Source: Hydrolagus colliei
Taxonomy: Eukaryota
Direction: 5' to 3'
Assembly: GCA_035084275.1 (NCBI GenBank)
Contig: CM068745.1
Coordinates: forward strand, 83,576,001 to 83,640,000
DNA: 64,000 nucleotides
Shown here: positions 23,515 to 34,495 of the stretch, piece after piece
Layout: each line of letters begins with the position of its first letter
Numbering within the stretch: position 1 is the first letter of the stretch
Notes under the pieces: generated by a model
What the model saw: the letters and a program-made list of their open reading frames with translations, nothing else
Databases searched by the model: none
Told to the model about the DNA's origin: nothing
Translations under genes and position numbers: made by a program

Positions 23515-25110
23515 TGCGAGTGGGCCCTGGTTACAAATACATATTAGTTATTATTGATTGCTTCACAAGATGGGTGGAAGCTTTCCCCTGCAAGAACTGT
23601 ATTGCCATCATGGCCACTTGAGTTCTACTCTGTGACTTGATGTCAAGGTAGGGACTTCCTATTGAAGTGGACTGATCAAGGATCTCATTTTACAGGCAAA
23701 TGTTTACTGCATTGCAACAAAACAACAAATTTACATTTGAATAGCGCCTTTCATGTCAAGAGGACGTCCCAAGGTCCTGGGACACAAAATAATAGCACAA
23801 AAATTACATGTAACGCATCATCCACAATCTTGTGGAATAGTGGAGAGAAGTAATCGAACATTAGAAACATTGTTAAAGAAAGTGTGTTCAGAAAACCCGA
23901 CAGAATGGTCAACTATAAGAGATATATTAATTGGGCAAAACAGCTATTAATGACTAAGTTAAGACACTTTAGAGAGAAAATAGCTGGAATATGATTGGGG
24001 ACATTTGTGGAGAATGCAGGTAAAGATCCAGTGAAAACTAAAATGCTTACCAAACGCGACTTTACTGATCGGGGAGCTGGAGGAGCTACCATGGGAGCTA
24101 CATTTAATCGATTGGATATTGAAAATCAGTATTATGATCAGGCCATATTCACAAAACTACTCAAGCAAATTCTTTTGTCCAAAAATCAATTACAAGGTGA
24201 AGAGATTACAGAAATGCTTCATATTTTAAAATCATCAGGCGATGTAGTAAATGCTACTGTATTGGTCAAAGATAATGTGAATGAGATTCTTAAAAGATAG
24301 AATCGGGACTGATTCAAATATTTCCCACGCCGTGATTTGTTTCTATGCATATGTCACACTGGGAGAATTTAGTTGGATAACAGATGACGTGATTTTTCTA
24401 CTTTATCTTTACCATCCTGGGTAACTGAAGAACAAGTATGTGACCAGATGCCCCATACTAATAATTTGTGCCTCATTCGTCATTTTACCAAAGCATATTT
24501 GATCGAATTGCCATGTAACTCCTCTCTCCTCCATTCCAGTTCTGTCAAAAAATGCCAAACATGGTTTTCTGTTCCGCCAAGTCAATTATTCAAGGTTAAT
24601 TCAATTGGAATTCTCCAATCTAATCACCTGTTACAATATCAACAAAATATCCTCATTATTTAGCTAAGGGGGGAATGGTAGGGAAGCTTTTGATCAGTCC
24701 TCTTGTCAGAGGTTTAACAATGCATGGTTAGGTTAGGTGAGGGTAATGTAACACAAAGTCTTAATACTAACTCTCCTCACAGTGTTTAATGGAACTCACA
24801 TCTCAGTGGACTGGAACCCGTATGGCATATCGTGGTAGAGGTGAATATTGTTTCACCACCTCCGAATCCCAGTTCACTCATGGGGGACATCCTTGCCCCC
24901 CTTTACCCAATTGAGTGCTTGCTTCTCGTAATGTCATTATGAGTGACCCACACACTCTGTCATTATGAGTGACCAATACACTCTTGGCACAGACACAATT
25001 TGACTGTCCAGAATGTTCAGGGCGATGAACAGAATCAACCTCCACCTGTCTTTAAGCATCTGATGTATATGCATCAGGAAAATGAAGCTAATAAAGGTCC
25101 CCTTGCCATC
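23515..25110 (+). mobile_element. Decayed endogenous retrovirus: integrase, env-like segment, PPT and probable 3' LTR
   Basis: YKYILVIIDCFTRWVEAFPC, TDQGSHFTG and HHPQSCGIVERSNRTL (the D, D and E motifs, spread over frames). PPT AAGGGGGGAA at 24666-24675, then TG. AATAAA at about 25090. Confidence 0.78.
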
Positions 25111-28100
25111 TCTCCCCCCTTACCCTCTTTCCCCCCTTTCTCCCCTGATCCCACTTCCATGACTGTTTGTGGGACACTTCTGTGCGCAATTTGGCTGCTG
25201 CGTTTCGCCCACAAATATACAGTCAATTCTACTCTCCTTCATTCTGCCCCGACCCCTCCCCCCCTGCTCTTGTCCCTACCTGACTGAACAGCACCTTGGG
25301 ACATCCTCTTGACTTGAAAGGCACTATATAAATGTAAGTTTTGATTGATTGATTGATTGATTGATTTGTTGATCACTTAGGTGATCACCAGTGGTGGGAG
25401 CGTGCATACAATGCGGGAGAATCACCATGGGTAAGTTTGTTATCTTATGCTTTTGTGATTTCTCAAAGCCATCATTTTATTTGCAATGATTATGTCTGTA
25501 TGTTATCTGTGCTCCTTATTAAGGGCTACCCAGTTGCAATCGAACCACTTGCTATCTAGCTTTGTCAGCCGTAGATAAGTGAGAGATCAAAAATCTTATT
25601 TTCTCACTCTCAAGGTGGGCACTGTAAGAATATGGTGGAAGTTAACTGTTTGATGCCCAGGGTATGTATGAGAACTGGGACAATCTTAATTGATTTTATG
25701 GAATGTGAGAGAGTGAAAATCAGCTTCAGAATTAACGTTGAATTTAAGATTTTTTCTACAGTGATTTAGAATCTTGATAAATACTAACATACTAGTTTCA
25801 AAGTTGAATCACGGAATTTGGGGGCCAAAGATGTAACAACAATAATAGTAAGAATAATCCTTGCATTTGATGTAGTACCTTATCACATATTTGAGACATC
25901 TCAAAGCTCTTCACAGAATATACTGTAAAGTGAATTGACTGTATAGTCTGTGGGCGAAGCACGTCAACCAATTGCGCACAGCAGCGTCCCCACAAACAAG
26001 CATGGATTGAGTGACCGATTGTACGGGATTATTACCCACAGAAAAATGGCCACCAATCGACCAACCACCTGGTTCCTACTGTTAGGTAAACAGTTGAGTA
26101 AGAAAACTTGCCAAAATTGTGCCCTGCTGGGAATCGAACCCAGGTCCTCTCACTTTCCATTGGTGCTTGTGTAACCATGTTCTCTGGTGAAAGATCTGAG
26201 TAGGAGGGGGAGTGCTGCTTGATTCCTGTTGGGTCTAATGGCAGAACCATGCATTTCATTTCAATCCAGCCTAAATTGCTTAAAGGCTGCAGGGATTGGA
26301 CAGTGTTAGCTTGCGTTAAAGTTTCCAGTTTTGGTAATGAAGGATAAAAAAAACTCTGTTCAGTCTTAACAAGAACTCCTTCACCATGTCACTCATTTGG
26401 ACCAGGGAATCATTTGAATAGGTCATCTTGGGTTTCTCACATGTTTTGCAGCAACGTTAAAACCTTTTTTGTTCCTCTCAAACACAAGATCCAACGACTT
26501 CACTAACACGAGGACAATGGGATCAATCATCAACCAAGGTTATTTAACCTTACTTAGAATTTAGCGTGCATTGCGTTAATACGCCGCAGACTAAATTACA
26601 ATGAATTAACCCCAAGGAAAAAACAGTTAGCTGAACTTCCCCCCACCATTTGCAAACCTAATACTGCTGGTTGCCTTGATACAGCTGCGTTAATGAAATA
26701 TATCCGGCTAAACGAGAATGTTATTGAAATATTTCTTTAAGGATGCCTTCAGCTAAGGAAAACTTTCTGCAAGTTTGACGTCTGCTTACTATTGTCATTT
26801 GCATGAAGATTTGACTGCATTTCGTTGCAAAGGTAAGTCATTTGTTTCAATTCGCCCCTTTGCAGTTCTGCTCAGTTTCTTTACCTTCTTTTCCAATGGA
26901 CTAGAATGTAAGCAGCTGGTAATCTGTATGCAATAAAGAGTGGGAATTTACCTTTCTCATTAGAAAATCGATAAACAAACCAAAATTCAAACCTTATTTA
27001 AGCAGAGAAACACACCTTCGCTTGCTACAGTTTGTAATAGTAGCATTTAGCTGAGGAATTATGACACACGATGCATGAATAGCAAGATGGCGAGAAAGTG
27101 TTTACTGTAAAGGAGACCAAGAGAAATGATTGGTCTATTTCTCAAATACTGTTTGCAACAGGTACATTTAGCTGTTAATTAAAATAGATCAGTGTGATGG
27201 GTGAAGTAACCTAAGTAAAAAGGATGGGTTCTTATCAGATTTTTAAAAATTCCATGTACTGTATACAACTCTTTTTGCAACGCAAAGGCAAGGTAAAGGC
27301 ATCTAGGGATTGAGTTTCAGAGATTAAGTTAGATTAGTTGACTAACATATACCACCTGCACGCTTATTTAGGTCATGTGGATGGGGTAATGACATATTAA
27401 AGTAAAGGCTTAATTGTTTGAATCTTGTTTTGTGGTCTTAAAAAAGCAGCAAATGCTTTCAATCGTCAGTCAGTCCACTTCAGCTAAATGTATAAAGTTG
27501 GCTTTTCTCACGTTGAATGCCAGAGTGGAATAATACTTCTACTGCACAGTGAAAGGAGAAGCTAACTCGCTGGCACTCTTCAACATTTAGTGCGCGGACA
27601 TAATCCCCATCCTAAAAAGGAGTGACTGTTTATTATGTACATTGGCATTGCGTATTTTTTTTCTGACTGGTGAAACTCACCAAACAAAAATTCATAGAGG
27701 GTTCTTTCAGTTTTCCAAGAGACTACGTTTGATGGTGAATTGAAGTTACAAACACCGGTACCATTGTAATTACCCCATAGTTGGGAGTAGTTTGGGCTGT
27801 GATTCCAATAATGTACACAGTCCATTCAAAGCAAAATTATTCCATAAAATTGGTTGAAACTAATTAAGAACTACTGCTATTTTCATTTACGGAAATGACA
27901 AACTTGTTCCATGTCATTATGAGTGAGGCACAGAAAAGTCGAAGTCTAAAAATGTTGGATACTGGCTATGGGTAAAACTGGGTTGGGACCTCGTTGCTGA
28001 AAATGCCGCATTTTGTATTCTGTCTGAAAAAGTTGTAAATTATACCTACAGATATTCTCCAACAGAAAAAGATGAAAATGTTAATGCTTTCAGAGAAAAA

Positions 28101-29069
28101 AAGAGTTTATATCAAATCATTAGAGTTATAGAGTTTTACAATCTCATGAAGACCAACAAAGTCATTCTCACAAGACTTTGGTTCTATTGAGAATCAAGTT
28201 CCTTTGACTTACAAGTTGTATATCTGTGTGGACTAGAAATATAATAGAATAGAAAAATAGCCTTAGTTAGAACAAGAAAATCTACAAGAACAGAATCTGT
28301 CATAAGAACAGGTAATAATGAAGCTGCTCTATATATGTTTGTGTGTATGTTGCGTATTATTTTGGGAATAGAAAAAAAACAACTTTCTTGCAGGCACTTC
28401 CATCAATCAACGCACCTTTGTACAGTATTTCTTCACACCATTGCTTTCACCACTTCAGGCCTGAGCAGTCACTGGAAATGTAAGGGGTGCTGGACATTCC
28501 TATGTTCCTATTCTGTTCGTCGGAATTACATCAAAACTCGTGACCCGCAAACAGATCTTCATTTTCCCACACAATTAGAACACGATTAATTTGGGTTACT
28601 AACTGTTCCTGATTTTTATTTTAATTCAAGCTTAGAACAACAGAGGTCTATCAAATGTAAGGATTGTCCATTGTTGTTATAAATGACATTGAAGGTCCTA
28701 TTGAGACACCACGGACTTCACCTAACGACTGGAACATTTCAGATTTCGGTTGTAATTTCGTACTCTGTACAGGTCCAAAGGCAGGGGCAGAGTTTGGCCA
28801 AAGAATCCCTGAACAAGCAGCCGGGAGTTGCTGTTGGATTGCAGGAATGTCTGTACCCAGGATCACCTCAAAGATCCTGACCATCATCTGCCCATGTCAC
28901 TAGCCATGTCTGTCATCCCCTCACTGCTCCAGGAGCATCTGGTGGCAGATGCCATCAGCAAAATCTGGCTGCTTGATAGTGACGGGTGTGTGTTAAATGT
29001 TCCTCATTTATCAGCTTGAAAACAGGTCACCTGCAAACGCCAGCAAGTCTGTAGCCACTAGCCACCCCT

Positions 29070-29680
29070 CCTAACCGACGTCATCAACCTCTCTAAAACC
29101 ACCGGCACTGACCCCACTCCTCTAAAAACTGCTATCATCACCCACATCTTAACAAAAACCTTCTCCCGACCCTTAGTTACCTTCTCCCGACCCTTAGTTA
29201 CTTATTCTCTCCAGCTATCACCCCATCTCCAGCTCGCATTCCTCTCCGAGGCCCTGGAATGAGTCCTTGCTTCCCAGTTTTGCTTCTTCCTCTCCCGCCA
29301 CTCCTTCTTCGAACCCCTTCAATCTGGCTTCCCTGCTGCCCACAGCACCGAGACAGCCCTGGTCAAAGTCTCTAATGACATTCTAAACATCCGTGACCAG
29401 GGCTCTCTCTGCCTCCTTGTCCTCCTCGACCTCTCCGCCGCCTTCGACAGCGTCGACCATTCCATCCTCCTACACCGCCTCTCCTCCCTCCTCAATCTCC
29501 GCGGACCTGCCCTCGCCCGGTTCGACTCCTACCTTTCTCACCGTCTCCACTTTGTCTCCACCAACGGCTTTTCTTCCAGCCCCCGCACGATCACCTGTGG
29601 TGTTCCCCCCCACAGGGCTCGGTCCTTGGTACCTTACTTTTTCAACATCTACAATGGCTCCCACTTGGTGACATCATCTG
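29070..29680 (+). mobile_element. Degenerate L2 ORF2 fragment
   Basis: LKTAIIT, QSGF..AHSTETALVKV and LLVLLDLSAAFD motifs. Confidence 0.85.
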
Positions 29681-29972
29681 ACAAGAAATTTTAAAGGGAA
29701 TCCTGGGGAATACACAGCCACTGAGAATATACTGCAGCAAAAACAAATCCAACTCTTCAGGAGACTGTGAAAAGCATGGCTTTCGGGTGACGAGGCTCAA
29801 TACTACTGATTCATTGCAGTAGAATAAATGGCAATGTACCAACATCACAGATTGTTATTCAGTACTCGTTTTAGTTACCGGTAACCTTGTCTGATTTTGC
29901 ATGGCTCTCAGGAGACTATTATGGGAGTAAAGCATGTGTCAACTGTGGACTTTGAACTCATATAATCTAAAC

Positions 29973-30269
29973 CAGTGGTGCCCAACCCAAATCAGGGTCG
30001 CGGGGGCCCTCAGTAGGGTCGCGAAGGGTATTCCGAATTTTCTTTTTCTCTTCTTTAATGCTGAAAATGCTATTTTTAATGCTGAAAAGTGCCCGAGGCC
30101 ACACCGCCGACCAATTTGTATGAATTACCGTACTAGCGAGTTATGCTGAGTCCACAAAAGAGACGAGAGATATCGTCTTGGCTGAGCTTCGCGCAGTCGC
30201 CTCCTAGGTGTCGGGAGGACCTGTTGGTGACCAATTTAGGGTCGCAGCAAAAAAGTTTGGGAACCACTG
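29973..30269 (+). mobile_element. hAT-Charlie-like MITE
   Basis: TIRs CAGTGGTGCCCAACC / GTTTGGGAACCACTG. 8-bp flanks ATCTAAAC / CTCTAAGC (6/8 match, NTCTAGAN-like). Confidence 0.8.
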
Positions 30270-30496
30270 CTCTAAGCTGAAGCTCTAGGAAAGTGCAAGG
30301 GGTATGATGCATTTTCAGTGCTGCCACTGGTTTCTCTGAATCAAACATATCTAAGTTCCTGAATGTCATACTCTCTCATTCCCTGCAATTTCCTGGCAAA
30401 GTATACAGTCAATTTACTTTATGGCAATATTCTATGAAGCACTTTGAGGTGTCTTGAGGATGTGATAAGGCGCTATATCAAATGCAAGGATTATTA

Positions 30497-30817
30497 TTGT
30501 TATGGCTAAGGAAATCCAGCAAAATTCAATATAAGACATTTCATTGCTGCCATCCCATTTCAGCAGACTAGCTTAAATTACACTATGGCCTTTAGGTTGC
30601 TTTAACTCTTCCCCGCACATAAGAAGCACCACATTGAATCCTATCAATTAAAACTTAAAAGTCTACTTCGCTATAACAACAACAACAACAAGAAAATGAC
30701 ATTAAGAGAGCGCCTTTTACGCTGGTAAGACGTCTAAGTTTCACAAACTAAAATGTGCAGTTTAATAAATGTAAATGTCTTATATTGAATTTTGCTGGAT
30801 TTCCTTAGCCATAACAA
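30497..30817. repeat. Perfect 45-bp inverted repeat with 231-bp spacer
   Basis: 30497-30541 is the exact reverse complement of 30773-30817. Confidence 0.92.
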
Positions 30818-31821
30818 AGTGTAAACCGCACTTTTTTTTAAGCGAAATCTATTTGTGGCTATTTTACAAATACGCTTGGCTCAGTGTAATAAATGTGACG
30901 GAGAACATTCAGCTTTAAGTGTGGCTTCTATTTCCTCTTTTTATACATTTGTATTCCTGAAACTACCACAGCGGTTTCACTGCCACTAGAACCACATTCC
31001 ATTTTATTTGAGGAATATTTAACTGCCGCAACTATGTATTTATTCAAATTTGGTGGTGGTGGGGAGGGGTCGCTGTTGGTTTGGTTGGGGTTTAAAATAT
31101 TAAACAAAATTTTTTTGAGCAAGAGTCACAGCAGGAATATATGTTTCAGACACTTTGAAGAATTGGGAATGATGCTGTTCAAAGTACTGTAAATTACTGT
31201 CCTATCTGGAGTGATCTTACAAACTGGGAAAATCCCAATTTAGATTCATATTAATAATAATAATAACCACTGCAAAGGAATGTAGAACCTTTCACGGGGG
31301 TGGGGGGTGGGTGGAACTTTGGTGCTTCACAGGATTTATTCCAGGAAAACTTGCCTAAGGTTTCACTCTTCCTGGAAATCGAACCCGAGTCCACTTGCTT
31401 GCGAGGCGAGCGTTCTAACCGATATACGACAGGAATCCACTTGAAGACCCACTTGAATAGGAATGTGATTGCAACAACATCATCAGCAGGGTTAAAACTA
31501 ACCGGTCTCACCAGCTCGTGTTGTTGGATAAACAATCCAGGGCTCGATAAACTCTGCTGCAGACTGATAAGCAAAGCCGACATCGGAGTTATCAAAAAAT
31601 GACATCGCTGTGACAGATAGGCAGCCGCCAGCTAGATATTCCCAGCAACTTCTCTTTTCGTTTCATATTTTACAGCATTCCACTTTGGCTGTGTGTGCGT
31701 GTGCGTGTGTGCGCTTAGTAGGCAATGTCACAGAGCCGGGATTGTGCTTGTGGAATGCTTTAGAGAAGGAAGTTTCTCTAAGGGTGTCCTTGGCTCACAA
31801 TCCCACAGATGAAATCGGTCA

Positions 31822-31960
31822 CAAAACACAAAATACTACAGATGCTGGGAATCTGAAACAAAAACAGAAGTTGCTGGGGAAACTCAGCAGGTCAGGCAGC
31901 ATCCATGGAGAGAGGAAAAAGAGTCAACGTTTCGGGTCTACAACCCTTCGTCAGAACTGG
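31822..31960 (-). mobile_element. Short Penelope-type terminal repeat (about 140 bp)
   Basis: AAATACTACAGATGCTGGGAATCTGAAACAAAAACAG... family, with copies at about 43491-43613, 55805-55947 and a stub at 40265-40295. Carries a hammerhead motif. Confidence 0.7.
31921..31960 (-). ncRNA. Minimal type I hammerhead ribozyme motif
   Basis: Minus strand reads AGUU-CUGACGA-A-GGGUU-GUA-GACCC-GAAA-CG-UU-GACU. Confidence 0.68.
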
Positions 31961-32346
31961 GGCTTGATGATCAAATCGGTCATTCACTTCCATGGCTCTC
32001 AGTGGGGGTGGTGGGGGGGAAATTGGCTGCCCAGGTTGCTGTACTCGTTCACGATAAAGTTACCACACTTTACAGTATATCACTTGAAGCAGTTTGAGAC
32101 ATTATGAATGCGCCAGTGGTAAGGTGCTGCTATATATCAATGCAAGGATTGTTATCGCATAGAATTACATGGAATGTTTCAGCAAGGACACGGGCCATTT
32201 GGCCTAACTAGTCTATGCCAGTGTTGAAGGCACAAACCGATCTCGCCGGGTCTCCCCAGATTAACCATTCGAAAGAGTCAGAAGCTCATTCAGAATCACT
32301 GCCACCCACCTTACCGACCCGGATCAAATTCCGTGAGATTGGAAAC

Positions 32347-33118
32347 TAGGGTCCGTCGATATGGAAATTTTCCGATTTAGATATATCAATGGGCTCATAT
32401 CGAGACATACCGAAATATCGATATTTTGGGTTTTTTTGTACTGCGCATGCGCGCGCGGTGCGCGCATTCGGGGTGAGCGCACGTTCCAGGTGCGCGCGCA
32501 TTCGGGGCCTATCTCCTCAGGAGGTAAATATCTTTCTCTCTCTGTGTCTCTCACTCTCTCCATCTCTGTGTTTTTCTGTCTGTGTCTCTCTCACATCCCT
32601 CCCATCTCTATCTATCTGTATATTATCACATCCACCCCGTCTCTCCCCCCACCCCCACCCCCCTCCACCCCCCCCCAGCCATCTCTCTCTCCCCCCCCCA
32701 CCGCCGTCCCTCTCCACCCCCACCAGCCATCTCTCTCTCCCCCCCACCACCCGCCTGCCATCTCTCTCTCCCCACCCCCCCCTCCACCCCCCCGCCATCT
32801 CTCTCTCCCCCCTCCCCCCACAGCCATCTCTCTTCCCCCCCCCCCCCCCCCCCCAGCCGTCTCTTCCCCCCCCCACCCCTTGCATACCTGTATATTGTAT
32901 TCGAGGACTATGAATACAATATGGCGGCTTTGCACCTCAGTCTGTGCATTGTGTATAGAGATGAGCATTCTGGGTCTTGTAGTTCAGTGCGCGCGCATTC
33001 CAATTTTTTCCCTCGATTGATTTTTCGATATATCGATATTTTTAAATGCCTATATCGGCGTATCGATATGAAAATTATATCGGGTTTTAGCGATATATCG
33101 ATATATTGCCGGACCCTA
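32347..33118. mobile_element. Young non-autonomous hAT element
   Basis: Perfect 8-bp TSD TTGGAAAC (32339-32346 and 33119-33126). TIR TAGGGTCCGTCGATAT / ATATTGCCGGACCCTA (14/16). Subterminal ATCGAT/GATAT repeats and an internal C-rich minisatellite. Confidence 0.93.
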
Positions 33119-33274
33119 TTGGAAACATCACATTTTTCATCGCTGGAGCTGCAGATGATAAGGAAAGCCAGGAACGGAAAACAGCATCACTCAAATATGT
33201 GTTCTGTATTAAGATCCAGCAGGTAAGCCCACCTTCCAGATGCCACAAAGCGCTTCACAGAACATACTGTAAAT

Positions 33275-33600
33275 AACAATATAATAATCCTTGCATTTCA
33301 TATAGCAGCTTTCACATCTTATCGATGTCTCAAAGAGCTTCACAGAATATACTGTAAAGTGAATTGATTGTATATTTATGGGCGAAACGCAACAGCCAAT
33401 TGCGCACAGCAGCGTCCCCCACACAAACATTCGTGGATTGAAATGACCAATTTTTTTTATTTTTTTGGGGGGGGACAGATTATTATTAGGCGAGTGTGCG
33501 GAGCAAGGAAACTTGTCCAGGTTTCGCCCTGAGCTGGCTGGATTCGAACACAGGTGTCATGCTTGTTAGGCGAATGCTCTAACCACTGAGCTGCAGGAGT
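33275..33600 (-). mobile_element. tRNA-derived Deu-core SINE, near full length
   Basis: Head, core and (TTA)n tail on the minus strand. Confidence 0.85.
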
Positions 33601-34181
33601 TCCTTTCTTGAGGGAAGGAATCTCTCTGGGTAAAGTGATTTGATCACATATTTGATGGACTTCTGATCCATGCGACAATGCATTTTCAGATACGCTACGT
33701 CCTTGACCACAAGATGTGTGTGTCCTCATATCTCACACATATGTCGTACGACTTGGGCACATGAGGCTTTGATTTACCGTAAAGCAATGCCAAAAAATAT
33801 TCTTAAACAGATGTGTTGCTACTCGATTGACTCTTAAATCATTCATTCAAATAACTACAGTACTATCTTACAGCTGGACGGAATCACTAAAATAGACGTA
33901 CCAGTGAATACTTCCCCCCCCCCCCCCCACTTGTCACAAAGTTGACTTTCTCACGGACCCGACCCTTTAAAAACAGAGTTCTTCTGTCAGTTTTCTTCTT
34001 TGAGTCTGTTCCAGTCCCTTCCTTGCCTTTTCCGATAAAAGACAGATCACTAGACTTTCTCATATATATATTTGGCACAAAACCTGGTTTGTTGTAGCCG
34101 AGGCACACATGAACTGTTTTCCAAGGTTGAATTTCCAAACTGACATAAATGGTCTAAAGCCCGGTGTTTTCTAATTATAAT

Positions 34182-34495
34182 AATAATAATAATCCTTGCA
34201 TTTGGTATAGCGCTTTTCATGTCTTCTAGACGTCTCAAAGCGCTTCACAGAATATACTGTAAAGTGAATTGACTGTATGTTTGTGGGCGAAACGCGGCAG
34301 CCAATTGCACACAGCAGCGTCCCCCACAAACAGTATGGATTGAAATGACCAATTTATTATTGTATATTTTTTGAGGGATTATTATTAGGCTTGTGGAGTA
34401 AGGAAACTTGCCCATGGTTTCACACCTACCTGGAATTGAACCTGGGTCTCTCGCTTCCAAGACTTGTGCTCTAACCACTGAGCTACAGGACTCCC
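34182..34495 (-). mobile_element. tRNA-derived Deu-core SINE, near full length
   Basis: Head TAGCTCAGTGG...GGTTCAATTCC, core and tail on the minus strand. Confidence 0.87.

Noticed and set aside
25390-25440. ATGCGGGA (GCM-like site) and ACCATGG|GTAAGT as a first exon
   Set aside because: Imperfect motif, and no downstream exon could be linked.
28651-29030. Minus-strand 78-aa ORF with an upstream acceptor
   Set aside because: All three frames stop soon after the acceptor, and the ORF ends in a SINE tail.
32361-33226. Long Pro-rich and Gly-rich ORFs
   Set aside because: They arise from the C-rich minisatellite inside the hAT element.
33540-33600. tRNA genes (also about 7915, 34430, 40085, 63155)
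   Set aside because: These are tRNA-like SINE heads that run into the SINE body; no complete cloverleaf.
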